A DNA stretch of 64,000 nucleotides, taken from assembly GCA_964618725.1 (NCBI GenBank), contig CAZUBK010000001.1:68878-132877 (forward strand), read 5' to 3'. Positions 1 to 7,198 of this stretch are shown here, piece after piece (positions within the stretch are counted from its first letter, which is position 1; every line of letters starts with the position of its first letter). A program made the position numbers and the translations under genes. The stretch comes from an uncultured Pseudomonadales bacterium (GTDB lineage: Bacteria > Patescibacteriota > Microgenomatia > UBA1400 > Chazhemtobacteraceae). The notes under the pieces are model-generated. The model worked only from the letters and a program-made list of their open reading frames with translations, did not search any database and was not told where the DNA came from.

Positions 1-1
1 A

Positions 2-75
2 GCGTCCATAGCTCAGTCGGATAGAGCAACTGCCTTCTAAGCAGTAGGTCGCTGGTTCGAATCCAGCTGGACGCA
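2..75 (+). tRNA. tRNA-Arg(UCU)
   Basis: Cloverleaf GCGTCCA/TGGACGC, anticodon stem ACTGC/GCAGT with loop CT-TCT-AA, T-loop TTCGAAT; CCA not encoded. Confidence 0.95.
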
Positions 76-111
76 CTATCGAACTTAAACCCAAGGTGTT
101 AAATTTGTTGC

Positions 112-780
112 ATGGACATAATTGAAGATTCCCAAACAATATCTGCAGCAAAGGAAAATAATGATTCCCAAAACTCTAGCAAACGAATGGGCGTAGAAGC
201 TACTTATATGAGTGATAGGGGCGTCTTCGAATATCTTGATCGTCTGGGTATTTCTGAAAGAGATCTCGATGATCCAAACATAATAGTGATGGATCTTGGA
301 GCAGGTGCAGAACAAGACTTCGCTAAACAAGTTCGACAGTTGGAACTAAAGTGTAAGGTTATATCTATTGACCCACGACTTGGTTTATCTATAGATAAAG
401 ATCTTTCTATACCTGGAACTGATCGAGAAAAGAGATTAAAAGGAAGACTAAATCCAGAAAAGAACTCATTAGCTGCTATTGGTAATAATTTACCTTTCGC
501 CAAAGAATCTTTTTCTCGGATCTATGCCATGTACTCTGTACCATATTATTTAGAGACCGCGGAAGAAATTGAGGAGCTTTTTTCTGAAGTACTGCGTGTC
601 CTGAAATCTGAGGGTGAATATCGAGCATATCCAATAGATGGTGGTCAAAAGAAGATAATTGAGAAGGTTCTGGGTGAAAGAATGAGTATAGATTACGAGT
701 TTCTATTGAAAGAAATCGAAGAGGACGGCTCCGAGGATTGGACGCTGATATTAAAGAAATTGCCTGTCCAAGCTCTTTAG
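112..780 (+). CDS. Class I SAM-dependent methyltransferase
   Basis: Motif I VMDLGAG, LPFAKESF, and RVLKSEG motif. Confidence 0.75.
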   Translation: MDIIEDSQTISAAKENNDSQNSSKRMGVEATYMSDRGVFEYLDRLGISERDLDDPNIIVMDLGAGAEQDFAKQVRQLELKCKVISIDPRLGLSIDKDLSIPGTDREKRLKGRLNPEKNSLAAIGNNLPFAKESFSRIYAMYSVPYYLETAEEIEELFSEVLRVLKSEGEYRAYPIDGGQKKIIEKVLGERMSIDYEFLLKEIEEDGSEDWTLILKKLPVQAL

Positions 781-954
781 CAAGATATCAATCTTGGCAA
801 TGTCAACATTCGTTTTAACTAATTTGTCTGTTCTGAATGCGTCTAGTAGAGGGCACCAAATTGGAGTTAAAACTATGGAATTCTTTTGCTATGCTAGTTT
901 TGACACAAGAGATTGATAGTTACAAATTTATTGAAATGGTGATATAGTAAGACT

Positions 955-1383
955 ATGGGAAATTTTAAACAAGGTAGTCGGTTTGGTGGTTCGAGGTTTG
1001 GAGGTAGAAGAGACTTTAGCGACAGAGGGTCGGAGAGAACCATGTATAAAGCAGTGTGTGACAACTGTGGACGAGACTGCGAAGTCCCTTTTCAACCAAC
1101 AAGCGGTAAGCCAGTGTTTTGTAGTGACTGTTTCAAGAAGAGACTTAATGCGGGGGGGGATAGGCCGGAAAGGCGAGACTCTGGACGTGACTTTAATCGG
1201 GATGGACGAAGGTCAGCTCAAAATGAGCAGCTTGAGGTAGTCAACGCAAAGCTAGACAAGATACTCAGAATGTTGGAAGGAAATAAGGTCATTACAGAGA
1301 CTAAAGAAGAGGTTACTAAACCTAAGCTGAAAGCAAAGAAGAAGGTAACTACAAAAAAGAAGTCTGTAAGTAAGAAGAAATAG
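955..1383 (+). CDS. CxxC-x17-CxxC zinc-ribbon domain protein with Arg/Gly-rich N-terminus and Lys-rich tail
   Basis: MYKAVCDNCGRDCEVPFQPTSGKPVFCSDCF. Confidence 0.85.
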   Translation: MGNFKQGSRFGGSRFGGRRDFSDRGSERTMYKAVCDNCGRDCEVPFQPTSGKPVFCSDCFKKRLNAGGDRPERRDSGRDFNRDGRRSAQNEQLEVVNAKLDKILRMLEGNKVITETKEEVTKPKLKAKKKVTTKKKSVSKKK

Positions 1384-1430
1384 ATTTGGGGTGTTGACAA
1401 GTGATACATTACCCTGCTACGTTGTCAGCT

Positions 1431-1943
1431 ATGAAGAAAGAATATTTGGGTGGCTTACTGGTTCTGGGTTTAGTGATTGGTTTTCTGGGGCGAAATCAAA
1501 TAAGAAGTATCCTCGGAGTATCCTCTACTCGTGAGGTGGAAGAGACTACCGGAGTAACGGTTACGGAAGAAGTACCAACACCGGCAACGGCTCCTGTGAT
1601 AAATGGAGGTGACGCATTGAAACCAAAAACAATGCCTGGAAGAGGAACATACTGGACCACACCCGAGGGATTTGCCTTGTATACCTATGACATAGATACC
1701 AACGCGTCAACAGAGAACTGCACAGGTGTATGCGCTAAGAGGTGGCCGGCATATGTGCTGAAAGGCGAGGCGCCGAAAACTTTGCCCAAAGACGTGACTT
1801 TAGTTCAACGAGTTGACGGGGCCATGCAATTTACTTTTAAAAGCATGCCGTTGTACCGTAATGTTAAGGATGAGTCTCCTGATGATATGACAGGAGACGG
1901 AGCTGATGGTCGCTGGCGCTTGGCCCGACCAGATGCCTCTTAA
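1431..1943 (+). CDS. Secreted protein with Yx(FWY)xxD repeats (COG4315 / Lipoprotein_15-like)
   Basis: N-terminal TM; two repeats LYTYDID..CTGVCAKRWP and PLYRNVKD..GDG..GRW; start taken at ATG 1431. Confidence 0.75.
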   Translation: MKKEYLGGLLVLGLVIGFLGRNQIRSILGVSSTREVEETTGVTVTEEVPTPATAPVINGGDALKPKTMPGRGTYWTTPEGFALYTYDIDTNASTENCTGVCAKRWPAYVLKGEAPKTLPKDVTLVQRVDGAMQFTFKSMPLYRNVKDESPDDMTGDGADGRWRLARPDAS

Positions 1944-1958
1944 CTTAAAAAGTTACGC

Positions 1959-1993
1959 AAAAAAAGCAGTAGATTTTCTTACTGCTTTTTTTT
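1959..1993. terminator. Intrinsic terminator (bidirectional-type)
   Basis: A7-GCAGTA...TACTGC-T8. Confidence 0.7.
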
Positions 1994-2083
1994 CGGACTA
2001 GTTAATTTTCTTTTTGTTTCTTATAGGGATAATTGTGTTATCATTCTGGCAATAGCACTTTAATTCATTGGGGGAGAGAGGGA

Positions 2084-2809
2084 ATGAAATCTTTCTTTAC
2101 ATTGAGAAATTTGGTAATGTTCATTCTTTTAGTTGCTTCGATTACTTGGCTAGGCTTCAATTGGGATATGGCTTTGGTGATAGGTTTATCTGTATTCATT
2201 CATGAATTTGGTCACGTTTGGATGTTTCAGCGTTTGGGAATTTCGATTACACGGGTGAGTTTTATCCCTTTTTTTGGTGCCTCCGTCTCCCCAGGTAGGG
2301 AAATACTAGAGAGTAAAAACAAGGAGTTTTGGGGTACCCTATGGGGACCGGTGACTGGATCACTATTGGGTATTCTGACAGCAGTGGGTTATTTGGTAGT
2401 TCCAGATAACCGATTACTCATGGCAGCCATTATTATTGTGGGGCTTAATATCCTGAATATGTTGCCTTTTATGCCACTTGATGGCGGCATGATGATAACA
2501 GCAATATTGCGGTCAAGAAAAAAGGGGCCTTTGAAAATCTTTTATCTGGTAACAGTACTAGCCGAACTCATTTTGTTGGTTCAGACAGGAAATCTGCTAA
2601 TAATCTTTCTTCTCGTAATTGGCCTGATTGGACTACATAGTACTTTTGACAGCGCCATACTAGATCTAGGTTTTATGACAAAGAATGAGATTTTGGTGAA
2701 TTTTTTTGCATACAATTTCAGCCTGGCAGTACTAACTGGTTTTATGCTTTTTCTGTTAGGGGAAATAGGGGGTTGGGCTGTTTTTGTTGAATTAGTGAAG
2801 ACCGGTTAA
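2084..2809 (+). CDS. Site-2 protease (peptidase M50)
   Basis: HEFGH and NMLPFMPLDGG motifs, multiple TM helices; start probably ATG 2084. Confidence 0.85.
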   Translation: MKSFFTLRNLVMFILLVASITWLGFNWDMALVIGLSVFIHEFGHVWMFQRLGISITRVSFIPFFGASVSPGREILESKNKEFWGTLWGPVTGSLLGILTAVGYLVVPDNRLLMAAIIIVGLNILNMLPFMPLDGGMMITAILRSRKKGPLKIFYLVTVLAELILLVQTGNLLIIFLLVIGLIGLHSTFDSAILDLGFMTKNEILVNFFAYNFSLAVLTGFMLFLLGEIGGWAVFVELVKTG

Positions 2810-2817
2810 ACGAAAAG

Positions 2818-2843
2818 AACCACTCCTAAGGGAGTGGTTTTTT
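2818..2843 (+). terminator. Intrinsic terminator
   Basis: AACCACTCC-TAAG-GGAGTGGTT-TTTT. Confidence 0.7.
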
Positions 2844-2889
2844 GTATCATGGGCAGGAAAAGCCCGAGATGGTAAAATGGACTGGTCTT

Positions 2890-2967
2890 GGTGGCCATAG
2901 CTTAGTTGGCTAAAGCGCCTCCCTGTGGAGGAGGAGATCGGGGGTTCGAGTCCCCTTGGTCACCCCA
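2890..2967 (+). tRNA. tRNA-His(GUG)
   Basis: G-1 at 2890, acceptor GTGGCCA/TGGTCAC, C73, encoded CCA, anticodon CT-GTG-GA. Confidence 0.95.
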
Positions 2968-3141
2968 AGATTTTCCTTACTATCGTATGAGCCATGGAAA
3001 TATAGACTACTTCACGATCCTCAAAAAGGTTGACTTCAAGTGCTTGGTGATACGAACTGTTGCCTTCCAAGTTACTGAAGTTATGTGTTAAAATGTAGTA
3101 ATGCATAGAGTCATTATTTAGACCCTCTATGTGAAGTTATT

Positions 3142-3342
3142 ATGATGACCGGAACAGTCAAGACAAAAACTGACAGGGGCTTTGGGTTTATTTCAAGAGA
3201 AGGCGAAGACAAAGATCTTTTCTTTCATTCCAACGACTTGGTAGGAATCTCTTTTGAGGATCTACAAGTTGGCTCTCCTGTTACCTTTGAAATCGTAGTC
3301 GGTGAAAAAGGTCCAGCTGCTAAAAATATTAAGCTCGCTTAA
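3142..3342 (+). CDS. Cold-shock protein
   Basis: RNP1 RGFGFI, RNP2 LFFH, GEKGPAAKNI. Confidence 0.92.
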   Translation: MMTGTVKTKTDRGFGFISREGEDKDLFFHSNDLVGISFEDLQVGSPVTFEIVVGEKGPAAKNIKLA

Positions 3343-3362
3343 GATATAGCTGACATAAACTG

Positions 3363-3399
3363 ACAACCCCAGGTCCTATAGTTGACCTGGGGTTGTTTT
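3363..3399 (+). terminator. Intrinsic terminator
   Basis: ACAACCCCAGGTC...GACCTGGGGTTGT-TTT. Confidence 0.75.
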
Positions 3400-3452
3400 G
3401 GGTATAGAATGTATCGAGCTGAATTCCATATATTCTAGACAAGGAGAGTTAT

Positions 3453-3623
3453 ATGCTTGTTTATATGGGCACCGCGATCATCATCGTCAGCCTGATTGCC
3501 TTCATGATTGCCGCACTATTTAATGTCTTGGTTGGATTTTGGATCTTTATTCCTTTAGGGTTCGGCCTTATCATTCAAATGATTGGATATTGGCAAAACT
3601 GGCCACGCTATCCAAGGATATAG
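3453..3623 (+). CDS. Small (56 aa) two-TM membrane protein, not in ORF track
   Basis: AAGGAG at 3441, ORF MLVYMGTAIIIVSLIAFMIAALFNVLVGFWIFIPLGFGLIIQMIGYWQNWPRYPRI, followed by hairpin-T tract at 3646-3670. Confidence 0.6.
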   Translation: MLVYMGTAIIIVSLIAFMIAALFNVLVGFWIFIPLGFGLIIQMIGYWQNWPRYPRI

Positions 3624-3703
3624 TAGGCTTACGAGGCTTGTTTATGAGTCCCCCGGTTGGGGGGCTCTTTCTATATTATGGCTAGTTTGGTAAAATTGAG
3701 GAT

Positions 3704-3856
3704 GTATCCGAAGCTATAAGGTGTAGCAACCAACACGGTATGGGTTCGTAGCTCAATGGTAGAGCAATTCCCTCTTAAGGAAGCGGTTGTGGGTTCGACT
3801 CCCACCGGACCCACATGTGTTTTGGAAGGGTGCAGGTTCGAGTCCTGCCGGATACG
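3704..3856 (+). ncRNA. tRNA-like shell enclosing tRNA-Lys in its anticodon arm
   Basis: Acceptor GTATCCG/CGGATAC, D-stem GCTA/TAGC, T-arm GCAGG-TTCGAGT-CCTGC, anticodon-position stem CCAA/TTGG extended around the inner tRNA. Confidence 0.7.
3742..3813 (+). tRNA. tRNA-Lys(CUU)
   Basis: Acceptor GGGTTCG/CGGACCC, D GCTC/GAGC, anticodon loop CT-CTT-AA, T-arm GTGGG-TTCGACT-CCCAC, A73. Confidence 0.92.
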
Positions 3857-3878
3857 TAAGAGATATACTGAGGAAGTT

Positions 3879-3952
3879 GCACCCGTAGCTCAGCTGGATA
3901 GAGCATCTGACTTCGGATCAGAGGGTCGGGGGTTCAAATCCCTCCGGGTGCA
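3879..3952 (+). tRNA. tRNA-Arg(UCG)
   Basis: Acceptor GCACCCG/CGGGTGC, anticodon stem TCTGA/TCAGA, loop CT-TCG-GA. Confidence 0.93.
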
Positions 3953-3976
3953 CAAGTGGTGTAGGATATATGAAGA

Positions 3977-4285
3977 ATGAAGAGTGACTTTTGTGAGTTG
4001 GCGAGAAGCGTTTACGAGCTAATAGATACAGAGCTAAAAGGAGTTGAGTCAGGAAAGTTGGATGTCATTGAGGCATATCCAAAATTAGTTGTCTCTTGTG
4101 AATTTCTTCGATATATTCGGGGAGAGTTTTTTAGTTTTTCACGACCGCCTCTTTTGGACTGCCAAAAAGAACTGTATCGACTGGAAGATGAAGTATCTGG
4201 ACGAGTTGAACAACTAAGAAAGAAGCTCGATTTGAGGGACCCTAGAACGAAGTATTTTTTTAGATCTGACGAAGAGGCTTTTTGA
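3977..4285 (+). CDS. Hypothetical helical protein
   Basis: 102-aa ORF with plausible composition; no motif recognised. Confidence 0.5.
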   Translation: MKSDFCELARSVYELIDTELKGVESGKLDVIEAYPKLVVSCEFLRYIRGEFFSFSRPPLLDCQKELYRLEDEVSGRVEQLRKKLDLRDPRTKYFFRSDEEAF

Positions 4286-4322
4286 CTGAATTCCCTTGTG
4301 GATAGGTCTATGATATTAATAG

Positions 4323-5510
4323 ATGAGTATGAAGAGGATAGAAGGGGATAATCATTTAGCAAATGTTTTGACCGAGTTAAGAAACCGGGCGGAAGTGTAC
4401 TTTCCTGGTGCTAGATTTGCCTCTGTATATTCCCCTACTGAGAAAGAGATGGTGCTTGTTCCTATTGCAGAGGCTTTGGTTTCACAGTTTGGACATGGAG
4501 TCGATTATGCTTCTGGGGTGTTTGAAGGAAGTAGCGCAATGATAAATGAGAGAACAGGTGTCCCCCATGTAATTTTGCTTGAACAACGAAATAGGAGGTT
4601 ATTTCACCGATCTCTGCCAGCAAGGGGATACGAGGCCCCTGTAAGCGAAGAGGCATTTGCATTGGCAACACTTAATCTTATTGTGGCGAACGGCCTAGAT
4701 CTTTTTAAAAATCCTAATGGAGAAGAAGGTTTTGTGAGGGCTTATATTAGGCCCACTATGTATCCGGCCACTTTGGCTGGATATGGAATCAGTATGCGAA
4801 AGGAATATCCCGTTGATGCTGGCATTATTGCCTGGGCGTGGCCAGATTACTTGGATCATACTTTGGCAACTCGCGGGGGTGTTTGCGCGATCACAGGACA
4901 CCAAAGACTCTTTAAGGTAACTGGTAAACACGCTAGTAACTACGGAGCTGCTGTGAAGGACGGTGGATTGGCGAGGTCACGTGAAGCGGACGAGCTGATT
5001 TATCTAGCACCATATTTAATAGACAAAGATGGACATCTGTATTGGGATGATCCAAACAACTTGGAGGCAAAATTAAGAGATGGTGTAATTTGCGATGGAC
5101 CCGGAGAGGAGTGTGTTGCACTGACGAAAGACCAGAAGACTTTGATTTATCCACCAATGACAACAAATAGATTGGGAGGAACGGTATTGCAATACATTAT
5201 TGATCATATGGCCAAGAATGTGGGACTCGAGACCAGAGAGGGTGAAATTACTTTGCATGATATAAGGACGGGAAAGTATGCAGGGTTGGCGATGGTTGGC
5301 AATGCGGTCAAAGTGACACCGATGAGGCAGATTAACTTGCAGAGTCCACTGGGATGGGAAGAAAAAATTCGTTTCTTTGCTGAAAATAACGTGCCGGAGA
5401 AACTCGATGAGTTGAGAGTTAGATGGGAAAACGAGACGAGAGGACTTGTCGATCCAAGTCATCCTAGTCTGTTGACTTCGGTCGAGGATTTCAATCTTGA
5501 TGTGGTTTGA
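4323..5510 (+). CDS. Class IV PLP aminotransferase (IlvE/branched-chain aminotransferase-like)
   Basis: HGVDYASGVFEG, AYIRP, PLP-Lys segment GKHASNY, LGGT. Confidence 0.75.
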   Translation: MSMKRIEGDNHLANVLTELRNRAEVYFPGARFASVYSPTEKEMVLVPIAEALVSQFGHGVDYASGVFEGSSAMINERTGVPHVILLEQRNRRLFHRSLPARGYEAPVSEEAFALATLNLIVANGLDLFKNPNGEEGFVRAYIRPTMYPATLAGYGISMRKEYPVDAGIIAWAWPDYLDHTLATRGGVCAITGHQRLFKVTGKHASNYGAAVKDGGLARSREADELIYLAPYLIDKDGHLYWDDPNNLEAKLRDGVICDGPGEECVALTKDQKTLIYPPMTTNRLGGTVLQYIIDHMAKNVGLETREGEITLHDIRTGKYAGLAMVGNAVKVTPMRQINLQSPLGWEEKIRFFAENNVPEKLDELRVRWENETRGLVDPSHPSLLTSVEDFNLDVV

Positions 5511-5656
5511 GCTCTTGACAGATACCTCCAGTTTGAGAGACTTGTTGTTTGGATGAGCTATATACAAAATCCAAAACCAGCTGAGAAAATTTAATACCGG
5601 GCGAAAGCCCTTTTTTTTCGGCTTGTTTTTGAGAATTAACAATTAAAAGAGAAAAA

Positions 5657-7147
5657 ATGAAGAAAATGAAACTGAACATAGAAGGGAAAGTGGTGAGCCT
5701 GGGTTACTCGGAGCACTTTGCAAATCTGACACGAATGAACCAGAGCCTTAACTTTGGGGCGAGGGATAATTACATCAGTAGGGGGCTTCTTTATGTTGAT
5801 GTGCCGGAGATAGTCGGAATAACTGGGGCATGTGAGAATGTTGATACTTTGTTTAAAGTGGGTAACCGGATGGGGTTACCGCTTTTTTTTAGCCAAACGG
5901 GGCAGTTGGCGCTAGAGCAGACACTCCAGTCATTCCCGGGAGTCTTTACTGTGATTCATTCAGGAAGAGATGAGGAGATAGAGGATGAGCGACATTTAAG
6001 ACAATTTCGCTTAACCGAGGAAGAGTTTGATTGTACGATGGCTGGGATGGCAAGAGAGACGTATGACGAGGAGGTCATGTTTGAGGCGCTTTTGTCACAC
6101 ATTCAGGCTGCGGTACAGGCGATGATAGCAAGAGTGGTGGAGGACCGGGGAGAAGAACTGGAGCAAGTGTATGGTCGAGAGGTGAAAGCACTGAAATATG
6201 CCACCAAGAATGATTTCTTACGGATCAATTACGAAGATGCTGTTAACTTATTGCGAGAGAATGGATTTAAAAAGTTATGTTTTGGAGACGACTTGGGATC
6301 AGCTGAGGAAGCCAGAGTAGTGGAGATACTAAACAAAGGGAAGCAATTACCAGTATTTATTATGCGGTATCCCAAGGAAATAAAGTTCTTCAACATGAAG
6401 GTATCAGAAAAGGACCCTCGGGTAGTGCTGTCAGCAGACTTGGTCTTTCCTTTTGCTGGAGAGGGGGTCGGGAGTGCTGTCAGAGAGCACGATTATGAAC
6501 GATTAAATAAAAGATTGCTTGAGTCAACGATGTATCGGCTTCATATAGAAAGAGGAGGCAAGTATGGGGACTTTGGCTGGTACTTAAATATTGTCAAGGA
6601 CAAGGGAAGTAATCCTCATGCCGGATATGGTATAGGCAATGAAAGAGTAATGCAGTATATCCTCGGCGAAACTGATATTAGACGGGCGTCGATGTTTTCG
6701 TTACTAAATAGACAAACGGGAGATTGGGATGAGAGACATTACGGCCAAGCGGCGGTTTTGCAACAGCCTCAGCTTAAGATACTTCTTTCCATAGGTAAGA
6801 AAAGGAACAAAAGGATATTACTGCCGGAGATAAAGAGACTAATAGGAAGTGAGAGAGCAATTATTTATGCAACACAGAAGACGCATGAGTATCTTGAGAT
6901 GGAAGGAGTCAGAAGCCTACTAGTACATAAAATCTCGCAGTTGGACCATACACCTAATATTGCAGATCTGCTGAGCCGAAGAGTGTTTGACTTAATCGTT
7001 AATATTCCAACTCGAACTAAAGTACGGACAAGTGTAGAGTTTACCGACGGTAAATTAATCAGAAAGGGAGCGGTAGACTTGGGAATAAAGCTAATTACTG
7101 ATCCTGAGGTGGCGATCATGACATTGCGGAATTTGGCAAGAGAATAA
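5657..7147 (+). CDS. AsnRS-catalytic-domain paralogue (asparagine synthetase A, archaeal type) fused to C-terminal MGS-like domain
   Basis: No anticodon-binding OB fold; SQTGQLALE, motif 2 RDEEIEDERHLRQF, motif 3 PHAGYGIGNER; C-term LLSIG..YATQKTHEYL..DLIVNIP..DGKLIRKGAVDLGIKLIT like the CarB MGS domain. Confidence 0.7.
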   Translation: MKKMKLNIEGKVVSLGYSEHFANLTRMNQSLNFGARDNYISRGLLYVDVPEIVGITGACENVDTLFKVGNRMGLPLFFSQTGQLALEQTLQSFPGVFTVIHSGRDEEIEDERHLRQFRLTEEEFDCTMAGMARETYDEEVMFEALLSHIQAAVQAMIARVVEDRGEELEQVYGREVKALKYATKNDFLRINYEDAVNLLRENGFKKLCFGDDLGSAEEARVVEILNKGKQLPVFIMRYPKEIKFFNMKVSEKDPRVVLSADLVFPFAGEGVGSAVREHDYERLNKRLLESTMYRLHIERGGKYGDFGWYLNIVKDKGSNPHAGYGIGNERVMQYILGETDIRRASMFSLLNRQTGDWDERHYGQAAVLQQPQLKILLSIGKKRNKRILLPEIKRLIGSERAIIYATQKTHEYLEMEGVRSLLVHKISQLDHTPNIADLLSRRVFDLIVNIPTRTKVRTSVEFTDGKLIRKGAVDLGIKLITDPEVAIMTLRNLARE

Positions 7148-7198
7148 CGTCTCGCTTAGAATCTGATTAAATGATCGTAGGAGAAAATCTAATCAGAT

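Noticed and set aside
780-950. att duplication of tRNA-Arg(UCU) 3' end
   Set aside because: Only a short inverted resemblance (TGCGTCTAG); no direct repeat found.
2906-3091. 61-aa ORF in the track
   Set aside because: Starts inside tRNA-His; shadow ORF.
3734-3821. Group I or BHB intron explanation for the nested tRNA
   Set aside because: Insert is only ~88 nt and is itself a tRNA; no group I core or clear bulge-helix-bulge; no splice yields a canonical U33 anticodon loop.
3756-3980. 74-aa ORF in the track
   Set aside because: Spans tRNA-Lys, the shell and tRNA-Arg; not coding.
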